Source of the DNA: Phoronis australis | Lineage: Eukaryota; Animalia; Phoronida | DNA length: 64,000 nucleotides | Direction of reading: 5' to 3' | Assembly: GCA_002633005.1 (NCBI GenBank) | Contig: NMRA01000024.1 | Coordinates: 1,080,583 to 1,144,582, forward strand | In this document: piece after piece, positions 26,980 through 40,200 of the stretch | Layout: each line of letters starts with the position of its first letter | How positions within the stretch are numbered: position 1 is the first letter of the stretch | Made by a program: the position numbers and the translations under genes | Notes under the pieces: model-generated | Seen by the model: only the letters and a program-made list of their open reading frames with translations | The model's database searches: none | What the model was told of the DNA's origin: nothing

Positions 26980-29092
26980 TGTGCTACAGACTGCTGAGTA
27001 TATGTAGATGGATCTGGCCTATTGGGGGTGTAATGTTTTGAATAATAATTATTACTATTATTATTTGAATTTATTTAGTGAAATTGTAATTTCTTTGTGA
27101 TGAAGAATGGAGAATCATGCTATTTTTGCTGAAATTTACCTGAATTTGTTTGTCTGTTTCGGTATTTTTTTACTTATTTACTGATTTTACTAATATAACT
27201 TTTTGTCCTTTTACACATATGTGTTCGAGCTATTGTAGCCACATAAAGGATTACTGCGTAATTTCTCTTGCAATTTAATTGAGCCAGTTGTTATGTAAGA
27301 TGCAGGTGCCACACTAAAAATATTAATCTCTGATGTTGGTATTATGCAACGTTACACAGTGATTTTAATATCTCGCAAATAAACCGCTCAAAGGTGCTGG
27401 TATAAAACATAGCTTCGCCAGAGAGTTCTCAGATGCTTTTGTGCTGTTGTATTCAGTCAAGGTCACTTTGTACTGACAGTTTCTGGTTTTTCTTTTTAGA
27501 TGCCAGTTCGACTGCGAAGTTTGGCCGATATCAGAGTGGGAACCGTTCCACTGTTGCTCTGGTTGAGTGGCGAGAACAGAATCTAAGGTATTGTTCGTGT
27601 TGGGTGTAACATATTGTCGGTATTGACAACGCATGCTGTGGTAAGATGATACTGAAAAAATTCTTTGATTTTGGGACATAAATAATGGGTAAAATTGTCA
27701 TATTTTTGTTTTTCGTAGCCTTTCCACATTGCTGCAAGCGCTAAAAACTTTACCAAATGTGTGGTAATACCTCCACCACACAAACCAAACTAAAAGCAAA
27801 GTAGATGTTCCTGAAGTGCAATTTTTGTTGAGAACTTTGACAAAATGAAATTTCATGTCTGCCATTTTATGTCCCAAACTGAAGATTTTTACTGTAATAT
27901 TGACGTAGCGCAAACTGCCTTTGGTGGAAGGTGACCTGTGCATGGTTCACTTGAAAAAAAATGTATTCTTATAATGCAACATGACTGGTTAAGTTTGAAG
28001 CCTGGGTCGAGCGTGAGTTCTAAGATTAGATTTTGGGCTGGAATGCAACTTGTACCAATTTACCTAAAACTAGTTATGAATTAATATTGAAGAACCTTTC
28101 ACAGACCGTTTCTTGCAAGATGAGCAAAATGTCACATGACCTCGCAAATTAATGCAAATAAAAAGTGAGTATAGTCGAAAGTTAACAGTAAAATCTCGCT
28201 AGTTTAGTACTTAATATGGCAGACATGTGATGAAATTCTACTTTTTGATTTTGATACGAAAGATATGTAGTAATATAGTAATGCTTCAATTAACTGTTCA
28301 AGGTTTGTACCATAGCCACCAACAGAAACTGTTCAAACATGAAAAAATGGAAAGTCTGGTAATTAATTTTGCACACATCACACGGAAATGCATTTTGTCG
28401 CATTTTGTAAACAAAAATGAGCATCAAGAAATGTTATGTTGAATGAGCAACTTTACCTGTCCCGTATGACTGATGAATTGGTGATACGTTTTCCTTATCT
28501 GTAACATTTTTGTGTGCAATATGTGAAAAATTGCCGTATTAGCCTGTTCTCGCAAAATTGCGGCTAATGTGGTGATTGGTTGGCGATGTTGGAGTGTTGC
28601 ATTGTGGGATTGAGTTCACGGTTTCTTGCAGTTTACGCAAATCGGCTCAGCTTCAATTGTTAGTTCGCGTGCAGTCAGAGGTGTCATGCAGATGACCTTT
28701 TTATGGATAGCGAGGCTAATTCACAAAGGATTGTGGGATAACTGCTATCTCAAGCAGTGCCGACAACAGATGGAGACTTAGGATCTGTTGTGATCACTTC
28801 ATTTTGGTTGTATATCAAGCAGACACATGTTCAGTTTATCATAGATATGAGTAAACAGGTAGTATATATCTGAGTTAATGATGGCCTGCCAAACACTTTC
28901 TGGATGCTGGATTAGGAGTACTTTTATCTCACAAATCTATGCATTGAGATTCGTATCCATTGATTTTCGCTATCTGTAAAAATGGTCAGACGCAGATGTC
29001 TTGTGGTCACGCTAGGTGACGTCAGCTTCTTCCCCATGTTTAAATCTGCACTTTCTTTCCACTTGCTGTCCAATTGTGAAATTAGCTAATTA

Positions 29093-29359
29093 CATGCACG
29101 CACCCAGGGGGTGCTCGGGGGGCTCAAACGAGCCCACCATTTGGCGAAGTGGGTAAAAAGGTCCGCCTCAGAGAAACAAATAGTACTCGAAAATGAAACT
29201 AAACTCCCCTGAAAAGGCAGAAATTCGGCGAATGCACAAGTGCATAATTCATAGCCCTGAATATGCCCTGTTTTTATTTTTTTAATTTTATTTTTTTGTA
29301 AAAGGTCCACATTTTAAAAAATTCGAGCTCCCCTATATTTTAGGCTGGGTGCACACATG
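29093..29359. mobile_element. 267-bp hAT-type MITE
   Basis: TIRs CATGCACGCACCCAG / CTGGGTGCACACATG; perfect 8-bp TSD GCTAATTA at 29085-29092 and 29360-29367. Confidence 0.92.
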
Positions 29360-30595
29360 GCTAATTAAAGCCATCATGTGACGGATTGAAACAATTTCTT
29401 GTCACAATAGGGCTGCTTTTTACATTTACGTAAAGAATGCCATTTGATGGTAAGGAAAATTTCTAGACTAATTTTTACGGTTATGTAGTCAGGGCTATGC
29501 TCTAGATATGTTGGTACGAGTTGTTTATCAGACAGAGTCAAGTAGTACCCCTGTTGGTCATTTAAGTTTTCAGCATCACCGTCTTTGTCGGTTGGCTATT
29601 GTTGAAATGGCTTGATGTGTTTTTAATTTCTATAATGAAATAAAGGATATTAATAAAAGTGTATATTGTATTATGGACACACTGACATAACGTACACATC
29701 TGCACATCCGAGGGAAAATACGTAAGCAGTGGTAGTGCTGGGAGCCATTTTCTATTGGGATCACTATAATGACACATGTTTTAGAAATGTACTTTTCAAG
29801 TTTGTAGTAGTCATAAATTTCCCATTTAAGTCTTACAAGATCTGGCACAGTCTTCATTAGTCTGTTGTTCATTTCGTTTGCAGCACATCTAATTGAGTTT
29901 CAAAGATTTTTCACATTTGCAATGGTAGACAGTCCTCCAAAATATGCTACCAAGTGTTAACGACTAATATGAATGCATGATTTCGTCTGGCTCCTTTTAG
30001 CCAAAATTACTGAGTTCTGAATCAGAATTACCTATTTTAAGCAAAAATCTATTTGTACTCAATATTCTGCGAGTTAAACAAATTTGAAATCCCTCGAGTC
30101 CAGCCTCGCATGTTTGGTCTACAGACAGACAGAGTCAGCACCTCAGCCAAGAAGGCGCAGTGTTTTAAGACTGTTCCCAATCACCCTCATAAGCCACTTT
30201 TGTGTATACAATAACTTTTTAACGTTTTATTAGATATCAAATTTAAATTAAGACGAGCAATATTCAAGAATAGCAGTAAATTTGTTTTTTTTTTAAATTA
30301 CAAGTTATTTGCGGAATTACTTTATCGTTATCAGTCAAGCTAATGAATGGACTAATTCATGAAGGGCCATGCACTAAATCTTGTACAATGCGAATATCAT
30401 AATAACACAATTCTACAATAACAGGGAAACTTTGAAAATCTAATGACAGAATTTGACAAAACTTGACCAAAGGGTATATTGCCAGCCTTTGTGTTAGTGC
30501 CAGTTAATTTTAGACTTTACTGCCATAACAACACTTGGGCTTGCACCCATCAATATTCGGATAGTTTGGTCTACCGTAGCACCCCCTGTTGGTAA

Positions 30596-32150
30596 TTTTT
30601 ATGCCCCCACATGTTTTTATGTGGGTCCATATTGTCGTCATCTCTGTCTGTGTGTCTAGCGTCTGTAGCTGTATCTCCTAAACCCCTTGCAGGACCTTAT
30701 TGAAATGTAGCAGTGTATTCTGATGCAGCTGATGACAGATAACCAGTTTCGGACCTATCCAAGTACCGCTGTGCCCCCTAGTGGCAGTTTTAGTTTTTTA
30801 CGTTTGCCTCCGTTTTTTGGTGTTTCTAGATGGATTTTTGTAAAATTCGGCAAATAGGATGTGATGATGTCATTTTGGATGGATTCGATGGATGTTATGC
30901 CACCTTGTGGCCATTTTTGTTGTTTTTGTGTCCGTTTTCTGGCGTCCATCTCTCGATCTGCCATATTGCTCAAAGGATCATTTTGGAAATTTTCAGATGT
31001 GCTCCTGATGCGTAAGGCCACGAATGACTTTGACTTTCAGACAAGTCTGACTGCTGTGTCGCCCCTAGTAGTGATTTTGTTTTTTTAGATGTCTGCGGCT
31101 GAATCTCCTTAACCCTTTGATAGAACATTCGGAAATTTGAGCCGACGACAAATGGTAACGAGTATCTAACTGATCCAAATACTACTGTGTTCCCTAATGG
31201 CAAAATGTTTTTTTACGTTTGCTTCTGTATCGTCAGAGTTCATTCTTGTATTTTCATGAAATTCAGCAGATAGGTTTCTAATAAGGAGACGTCACTACAA
31301 CTTTCCATTTTCGGACACACGTGGTGGCCATTTTTGTTATTTTTGCATCATTTTCCTGTTGTCTGCCTCCCTAAGGGATCAGTATGAAAGTTTACAAATG
31401 TGTTTCTGATGAGAAGGCCTCAACTGACATTGGCTTTCAGACGATCCAACTACTGTGTCACCCCCTAGTGGCGATTTGTTTTTTTACGATTGCAGCTGAA
31501 TCTTCTTAACCCTTTGAAGGAGTATTTTGAAATATGAAAGATGTGTTCCTATGGAGCCGATGACAAATGGTAACAAGTGTCGAACTGATCCAAATACCAT
31601 TGAGCCCCCTAGTGGCAAAATGTTTATACATTTTCTCCTGTATCTTTGCAGTTCATAAATGTATGTTCATGAAACTTGGCAAGCATGTTTTTATTAAGGA
31701 GATAACAATGCCTTCCCATTTTTGGACACATTTGGTGATTTCTGCACTACCGGGCGGCCATTTAAAAATTAATATGTGTTTGACGTCTGCTTCTCTATCT
31801 GTCAAACCACTCATAGGATCATTATAAAAATTGACGGTTGTGTTCCTGATGCAAAGACCCAGCTGACGTTGATTTTTGGATGTTTTTTACTATTGCGGCG
31901 CTCCCTAGGGGCAATTTTGTTTTTTTTTGCATCTATGGCTGTATCTTCTCAACCCTTTGAAGGGTCTTTGCGAAATTTGGCAGATGGGCTCCTATAGACA
32001 TGGCAAGAGATGGGGATAATTTTCGACCTATAGCTGTGCCCCCTTGTTTTAATTGATTTTATGTTTTTTTATGGTCAAAACGGCTCAACAGATTTTAAAG
32101 AAATTGTGGTGCATATGCCACTCGGTGGGATGTGCCGTCACGAATTAAGT
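30596..32150 (+). mobile_element. Helentron-associated (HINE/DINE-1-like) element with an internal ~140-bp tandem array carrying CTCF-like motifs
   Basis: Starts with a T-run and hairpin ATGCCCCCACAT-GTTTTT-ATGTGGGTCCAT, then CTGTCTGTGTGTC, then ~10 diverged units each containing a CCCCCTAGTGG-like motif. Homologous in reverse to 57280-58175. Family assignment is by architecture only. Confidence 0.7.
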
Positions 32151-33871
32151 CCATTCGCATTCATAATGCGCATGCCCGTTAGCACAAAAGGTCAGTACGA
32201 GCACACTCCAAGTAGTGAGAATACAGTTGAAGGGATATTGTTGGTTCTGTGAACTCGGACAGTAGCGTCTGCTTCTGGTGAAATTTCGACAACAGTCAGT
32301 TACTAGGGAATCAGATTTCGAGAACTAGTTAAGTAGAGAAAACTGGCTCTCAAAATGTGGGACCCTGTAAATGACTATCACAGTAAAATTTAACCAATTT
32401 GGGACACAGTGTGATGGATAAGTGAAATTTTACTTGTTCATGTTTTAAAAAACGTACCATCAAATTATTACTTTACCGTGTTCAAGTTCTGTAACGTAGC
32501 GAACACTAGAAAATATGAAAAATTTGTGGCCATTCATAGCAATGTTGGAAGACCTCGAAAAACAAAAGATTGATTTTAGTAATGCTTGTTTGAATTTGGT
32601 GAGATTTTATGGTGCAGAAATATCAAACATTCTGTCTACTATGTGAGCGGACATGGTTTTTGTTGTGAGTTTGGATGCAGATGTCAACCTAGAAAAAAAT
32701 TTTTTAACGTTGATCAGTTCCCACTCGTCTGTAAAGACCTTTCATACTATTGTCGATGCGTCAATGTTTTGGGGAGCTGTGGTGAGTATGAATGGTTAAC
32801 TTCGGTATTGGGTCGAAATTAACTTCGCAGTGAACAGGTGGATATTACAGTGGAGCGTCGACGCTGCGGTGGGGCGTGAACAATCAACTTCGGTGCCTTT
32901 GAAGTTAAATCGCCTAGGGTCGCTGTTTTCTTCAACAACTAAAGGGCAGTGTCGTCACTAATAATTGCTTATATTTTGCCAGAATAATCACCAACCGAAT
33001 TAAAGATAAGTTTTATCTCAATTGGTAAATGTTCTCATATTGTCACATTAAAAAAATTGTAGCTCGCACGCGATGCATCAGTGCTACCTTGCGATTACTT
33101 CGACAACGTCACCTACCAAAGATGGTATGAATGGTTCAGTTAACTTCACGGTTTACGTATGTCAGACCGGAGTTAAGTCAGTATGAAAGGGCCTATAAGC
33201 TAACTAACCTGAAATACATCAATCCTGCCTCATGGCCATTGGTATACACAGAATAGTTACATCTACTAAAATTGCATTTCAAGAGCAACAGGTGTGCACT
33301 TTTTGCATGCAGTGGAAATTGCTGAAAAAGTAGTTCTGGAAACTCCTTATCCTGATGAGCTGTTTTGTGCCTGCATTATACGCTTTTGAAGTGAATCTGA
33401 GTGGACCAGCAACTGTTTACTATGACACGCTAACGAAAAATAGATGTCTTTATGCAGTTTTAAAATTATGAAAATGGCCGACTGGGACTTGCCGCGTATT
33501 TGAAGTCATTTCAAATAACTCAGACATTTATCTCATAAATTACTTTTAAAGAATTGAGTAATGAATTATAGAGTTATCACTTTTTAAAAAAATCTACAAA
33601 AGTGAACATTTACCTGAATCACAAATAACTACAGTAAACGGAAATGGCTTAATCTAACACAAAATTTTGACGACTTTTAAAAAGTAAGTCAGCTCATTCA
33701 AAACCATCAGAAGCCTGTTCCACGTTGATGTGTAGGCCTATATAAGAAGTTGTGTCAGTTAAACTAATTGGTGACAGAAATCTATCTGAGAACTAGAGTC
33801 AAGTTGTGTTTGAGATGATGAAGGTTTTAATATGTGGTTAATGAGAACTACTTGCCCACACCTGCAGCCAA

Positions 33872-33949
33872 CGGGTCTTTAGAATAATTCTAAAGACCCG
33901 GTCTTTAGAATTCTAAAGACCGGGTCTTTAGAATTATTCTAAAGACCCG
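33872..33949. repeat. Perfect 78-bp spacerless palindrome built from three hairpin units
   Basis: CGGGTCTTTAGAATAATTCTAAAGACCCG + GTCTTTAGAATTCTAAAGAC + CGGGTCTTTAGAATTATTCTAAAGACCCG equals its own reverse complement. Confidence 0.95.
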
Positions 33950-34210
33950 GTGACTACAGTGAAAGTCAATGAACGGCTAGACAGACTTACGCAAAAACTT
34001 TGAATTTTTAGTGGAACCGCCAGCTGATCCCTGAGACTTCTTGTTGCATAGAGCCCTGAGAAATCTCGATCTTTAGCAGAATTATTCCAAAGACTCGGTG
34101 ACTAAAGTGCAAGTCAGTGAACGGCCACACAGACTTAGGCAAAAATGTTTTAGTGGAACTGCCAGCTGGTCCTCCTAGACTTCTTGGAGCTTAGAGCCCT
34201 CAGAAATCTT
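33924..34210. repeat. Diverged tandem duplication of a ~145-bp unit
   Basis: AGAATTATTCYAAAGACYCGGTGACTAMAGTGMAAGTCARTGAACGGC...TAGTGGAACYGCCAGCTG...TAGAGCCCTSAGAAATCT occurs twice. Confidence 0.85.
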
Positions 34211-37200
34211 AATGCGTTGTGCCTAGTCAATTGCCATGTTAGAATTATTCAGTTATCATAATATCCAACAAGTATCAATTTAAGCTGTTAACTATCTTCA
34301 AATCCTACCAGGATTCTATTTTCTCACATGACCTGGAATGCTTTACGACACGATTGGTTAATAATACCGAGTACTTAATTTTTTGACATTACGTGGGCAA
34401 ATCACAAAATAGAAATTCATCCGCCTTACATCTTCTGTCATTTGCAAAGCACTAATACCAACAACCAAATGCGCGCCAACCAAACAATACCGGAATTCTG
34501 TGAAGGTGACATGGTTATGACTGACAAATCAGGTGTCACAACTGAACGTACTCCTAGGTGGAAGGAAATGCAAACAATTTCTTAAACAGACCCGTTGTCG
34601 GCGGCGAATTCCATATCCACGTTCATTCAAACGGAGACGAACCCCAACTCAAAAAAACGCTGCGAGACTGTCTAGCTGTGCTGCCCCAAGGTCAATTCAG
34701 TGCTCTCACTCTGAAGCCCTGCTGACTGTTATTTATAAACATTTGTTAAGTTTTAATATTACAACTCCTAAGACTTTTAAATATCAGATTCTAACTTGAA
34801 CATTTGTTACGAAAGCTGAATGCAATTTACAATTGTTAAGTTTAAAACAAAATTATTAACAAAAAGTAACCTTACATTGCGCAAGCATGTTTTTACAAAT
34901 GTTGCGTCATGTGGTTTGATGTTTTAGACACATTGAGTTTTTAGTAAAAAAGATTGTTTCTATGATTCATGTGAGTAAACAAATCCCTCACTTGTCTCAG
35001 GTTTATACATGGACAAAACCTCTTGGAAATTTCGTCAAAATCCCTCGAAATCACAGGCACTGTGTACAATTGAAATAGAATCCTATCATGATGTAAGGAA
35101 TATTGTGAGATTGATGTTACGAGAGCAAACGGTCTGATTCAGCTTTTGTTTTTAAGGCGGTATAATTGGGAAAAAAGGTAACCATAAGTCACTGTAAATC
35201 ACAAAATGTATTTCATGTAATTTTGGAAAAAAACAAACTTTAGCAGAGATTCATTCCATGGAGGCAGTATTGGTCCTGGTATGGTTGTTTTCTCTTACTG
35301 GACAATTCATCTCACCAGCTGTAGTAGATTACTTTCCTCTTGTGTGAAAGTCATTGGTTCATTTCCAAACTCCCTATTTTGTCAAAGCAGCCCTGTTTTC
35401 CAGTACATTGCCTTGTTACACACCCAGGCTCCCACTGTGACATTGCTAACTCTCTCAGATAATTTTCTCAAAAGCACTGAAATCAAGATAGTTATTGTGT
35501 AGTCACTCCCTTGTCCTTAAATTGCCCTCTTTTAAAAGATATGGCAAGGGTCTTTGTCCCAGTAAATAGGGGTGGAGCCCCCTAGGCAATTGAATTTTGT
35601 TCCTGGGGGTTTAGTGTTTTTCAATAGAACTGCACTTGCACTGGAGATGGCCCTAATATTGTGTGGACCATTCATTGTCATTTGGGTTTGTAGTAAGCAA
35701 TGGCTTTTACTTGCCTGTGGAAATTTCAAAGCGAATAAAAGTTGTAGTTCATGTAGGCCTGGAGAGTTGAAGACTGATTGAATTCGAGGCATTGTCCTGG
35801 CATGCTACGCTCATAGGAGTTTGAAAATACTCGCAGTCTCGCTATCAACAATGCTAGCCTGACCTGAATTTTGACGAAGTAATGAACTGTCAGTTCTGTA
35901 GCCCCTACTTCTTTCTTCGTTTGAGTAAGGAACAATTTTATTCTATTTTACGGTAAGTGACCCTCAATAAAGACTTTACATAAAGCACAGGTTTTATATC
36001 GCTTTAAAGGACGATGAATGGTTGATTTGGCTCTCGTGTTACCTGTGTACCAAAGCTTACATTGAGATTTCGAAAAACGTGCTTTATTGTCACTTCTTAG
36101 TAATGCTAATTTTTAATTGGAAATCCTTTCGGTATTGTCGTCCTAATGTCATGGCCATTATATCTAGTGCTTGAGAACTCGGTGCCTTCCAGTTGACTGA
36201 ATCAACGTGGATCTATTGAACAAATAGCCAGCCTGTTGACCAAAGGTTGTAGCCAAAAATCAAAACACTCTGTTCCATGTTTACTCACTGGCCACTCACT
36301 CATTATTTTCCAAACTTATTCTTTGGCCACAAGCTGACTGAAATGTTTGCCATTGTGTATTCGTCACCTTACGTAATTACACTATTGACCGCTTTTGTTC
36401 CCTCAGCACACTTGTGCAAAGGCTTTGTGTGAACGATCAATGTCCATTTGTGGAACTACTTTTTGTCAGAGAACTGCTGTGTGTTGTTAATGGACAGGTA
36501 CTCATAAGGTCAGAGAGAAGGACTGGGTTATGTAAAGAGAACGTATACGTATACCTTCAGGCGAAGCATTGAGACCAGCTTTGCAGGCATGAAATTTGAT
36601 TTTCATGGCCGCGTTTTCAAGAAGGGCTATTGCACTTATGTACAAGTGATGATTACATTTTCGCATTCTGATCTATGGCTTCAGTATTTCCAAAAATTGT
36701 GAGCGCTTGAGGAATTAATAGGAACAATATTAACAATCATTTTGTCTGAAATTAGGGAGATCGTAGTCTTCATATGGAATTTTGTGACTTAATTAGCAAG
36801 ATAGATATTTGTCCGTTGCCACCGGAACCTGGGCTGCGTGACTTTGCAAAAATATTGGCTTGTTAAGTGAAGATGAGTAGTTTCAGTTACTATTTTATAA
36901 CCCACCCTTGAGGTGTGGTCAACTGAAGTGAGATAATAATCTGTTTTGCTTCTAATGTTGACAAATGCCTATTCTGCAAACGTTATGACAGGCAACTGAA
37001 ATTTTTTATTTTGTAAAAAAGTTTCAACTTGGAGAAACATCAACAGTTCTTGAAAAAAACTTGTGTCTTGATTTTTGACAGGTTAATGACACTTCTCTGT
37101 AGCTAACAGAAAAAAGAAACAAAATTTACAAGTTACATTAAAAAAATAGTGTTTGTGGAAAATTCGACGATGTGCATGAAAAATCATGATTTTTAGGAAA

Positions 37201-40200
37201 AAAATGCATCAAGCTTAGAAGTTCACCATTTCCTGGTTGATGACCATTGTATATTGCAAACAGTGATGGGAAAATTTTCTGTCTTAGTTTTAAGATGTTA
37301 ATGAAATAGATTGTTGTTCTGCTAATTGTGTTGCAAATTAAGGTTTACAGTACGTGTATGAAAGATCTACAACGAATGTGTAACTGCTATACACAGCTAA
37401 ACGGAAGTATGCGAGACATAGACACTACGTCAATATTGTAGCACTCATTTCACCGTAAGTGATTCAAATTATCTTCCTTTAAAAATCAAATTAATGCCAG
37501 AGTTCCCTCTAATGTATTGTTATGTGATTGCTTAGTTACTATATGGTAATAGTAACAATAAAACATAGTAATAATAAAAAGTAATTATACTGTAATAATG
37601 AAACGTCATTTTTAAACTTGGTCATTCAATTCAATTACCAGTTGACAATTAAAGTGGCACTTACATACAACAAACAAGATTTTGATGTAGACAACTTACT
37701 GAACAATTTTAGGCCAAGTTCGTAACAGTACATGGCCAAAATCCAAAGTTGTGAACGTAAATAGGGAGTTGAAAAAACAACATTTCATTACCCATGTATT
37801 TTATTAGTACACCTGAAACACTTTGGAAAATTTTGTGGGATAGTATGTTTGCCCTTGGCACCAGGGGCGTAGGCGAGAGGGGATGTGTCCCCTTGGTAGG
37901 TAGAAGACCTTTTCACATATTGGTTTGAAAATTATAGGAAATTTCATTTTATATTTCAAAGCTACACAAATAAGTAATATTTAATTATATCAATGGTCCT
38001 ATTCATCTTTGGACTAAACCATTGCTGGGTATTTTTTTTGTTCGTGATCATCACTTTGATAATGCCGGGTGTTAAGGATGAACACTGGTGAAACAGAAGC
38101 TCTAAGTGGCAGAGATTGATTTGTTTTGCCAGTTTGCTTTTTTGTTGTTTTTCAAGGCTGGGCTGTTTCATAGTATTTCACACTTCAGTCAATTGAGCGT
38201 AAAACGACACTGATTGAGTGGTTGACAGCAGGTCTAGATGTCCCTACCCTACCGTGTGCTTTGAAAATCTCGAACACTACAGAATTGAGTTCGTACTCAG
38301 GTTTTTTTGAAGTCAACAAATTTTTTGTGATGACGCTTCACTTTATTTCAATCCTGATAAATCGTACGGTGATTCTTTCCTTATTCAGCACAAAATTGTT
38401 TGTCAAAATTGTCATTTTTCTGTTTTTAAAAGTCTGATGATTTTAATGAAAATATTAAGAACTCAAGTTAACGTTGTTTTCAGGGATTGGAATTTTCCTC
38501 TTTTAATAGGATTTCCTCTTTTTTGTTTTTGATGTTCTCTTATTTGAATTCCAGTTTCCTTTTCTCATCTTTTTTCTCATTATTTTGACGTTATTGATTC
38601 AAAAATGTTATTTCACTTAAATTTTACAACACAAAAATATTCCTATCACACAAGCCTATTTGTGCTGCTATACATCTCATGGAAAATTTTCCTCTTTTTC
38701 TGTCATTAGTCATTCCAAGCCATGTGTTTTATGACATCTGCATACTACTGTCTAAGCTAACCACGGACTGAAATTTTTTTGAAGTTATTTTTGTTAGGAA
38801 AATTGACAAAATTTCAATTGTCTGTCATATTGTGTGCTTAATTGGTCAGGAATTACCATAATCCAGACCGATGTAGGCACACCTTTCTAAAAATGACTAA
38901 TTAGACAATACAGCATGTTTTCGAAAAACTTGAATAAAAGTTGCAAGTTTTAAGTTTCAAAGTACTGAAGATAAGACAGAACTTGACAGGGCTATATGAT
39001 ATCCATGAAGCATCTGATATTGAAAACTGATAACTGTATGTAGATATTTGCTGCTCGGTTTTCCTCCAGTTGGTGCATGGTCCTGGACTTGTACTTATCG
39101 TATATGGTGATACAATGGAACAAACACAAGAAAAGGGTTAAAGTTTTATGGAGAGACATATGCTTTTGTTACTTTGAGAGAATCAGTCAAATCCTTTAGT
39201 CTCATGAACCTCGTATTGTCAAGTCATAGATTAGATGCTGTCTGTGTATTTTGACAGTTTGTAGGTACGCTAGGTAAATCTTTCGCTAACACGATTTGTA
39301 TGCAAGTGGATGAGAAAGTGTGCACCGTTTACCCCCTGAGTATTTAGCGAATTCCTCCCTCATCAAAGGCTTGATGGCGCTGTCACAGATTGAAATGAGC
39401 TAGTCGCTATTCATTGGCTTAGCTGAACGTACTGAATAATTACGGTCATAAGCTAATACGCCTGTTTAGCGTACGTGTTTCAATGTAAGAAACGAACAAT
39501 AAGTAACGGAAACGACCATCATGGCCGTTTTAAAATTGAAATGTAAATGGTAACCTTCTTTGAATTTTATAAATCGAGCCTTTATGAGAAAAATTTTCTT
39601 CACTCAAAATTGCGGCTAAGCCAGGTGCATTAATTTGTGAATCGAGTAAGATGGGTTAGTCACAGTCTGGTTTCGGCTCACTCAGGCGTTGGGGTAACAA
39701 AACCCCAAATATTAGCTTAGGAGTTGTCTCATGCAGTCAGTAAAATCTTTTTCACACATAGGACCTGATTTCCTTGATGAGGAAGTTCCAGTTTGTATCA
39801 ATATTTCCCTTTTTCCAAGAGTTACGATTTTCACGAACTGAGTCCATTTCCTTAGTCATGCAACCGCATTAGGATGTTTTCAACACCAAAAATTGGATAT
39901 CATTAGTTGGTTTCTTTTGGAAATCCCCGACCATGTTATAGATGCTGCATAGAATTGGATATTTTTGTCAGAAATTAGTGGAGCCTTGGGAGATGCCTGT
40001 GATATTCAGATAGAACGTTTTCATTATTTGGAAAATGCTAAATTTATAGTTAGTTAACCTTTTTTTTGCTTCCGAAGGTTTAAGTGATTCTGCCATTGTC
40101 TGTTTCAATTTAGACAGGCGCAATCATCTGCTACATTCTTTTCCATTTATTCTAAATTCCGGACAATCAATATTTCGCTAAAAATTTTTTTTGCAAACTA

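Noticed and set aside
30755-32252. Short ORFs in the tandem-array element; possible CRISPR-like array
   Set aside because: Eukaryotic context; units are homologous along their length rather than repeat plus unique spacer; no cas or transposase motifs.
33351-33380. CTGATGAG hammerhead-core-like hits (also ~4307, ~31406, ~62491)
   Set aside because: No downstream stem II plus GAAA.
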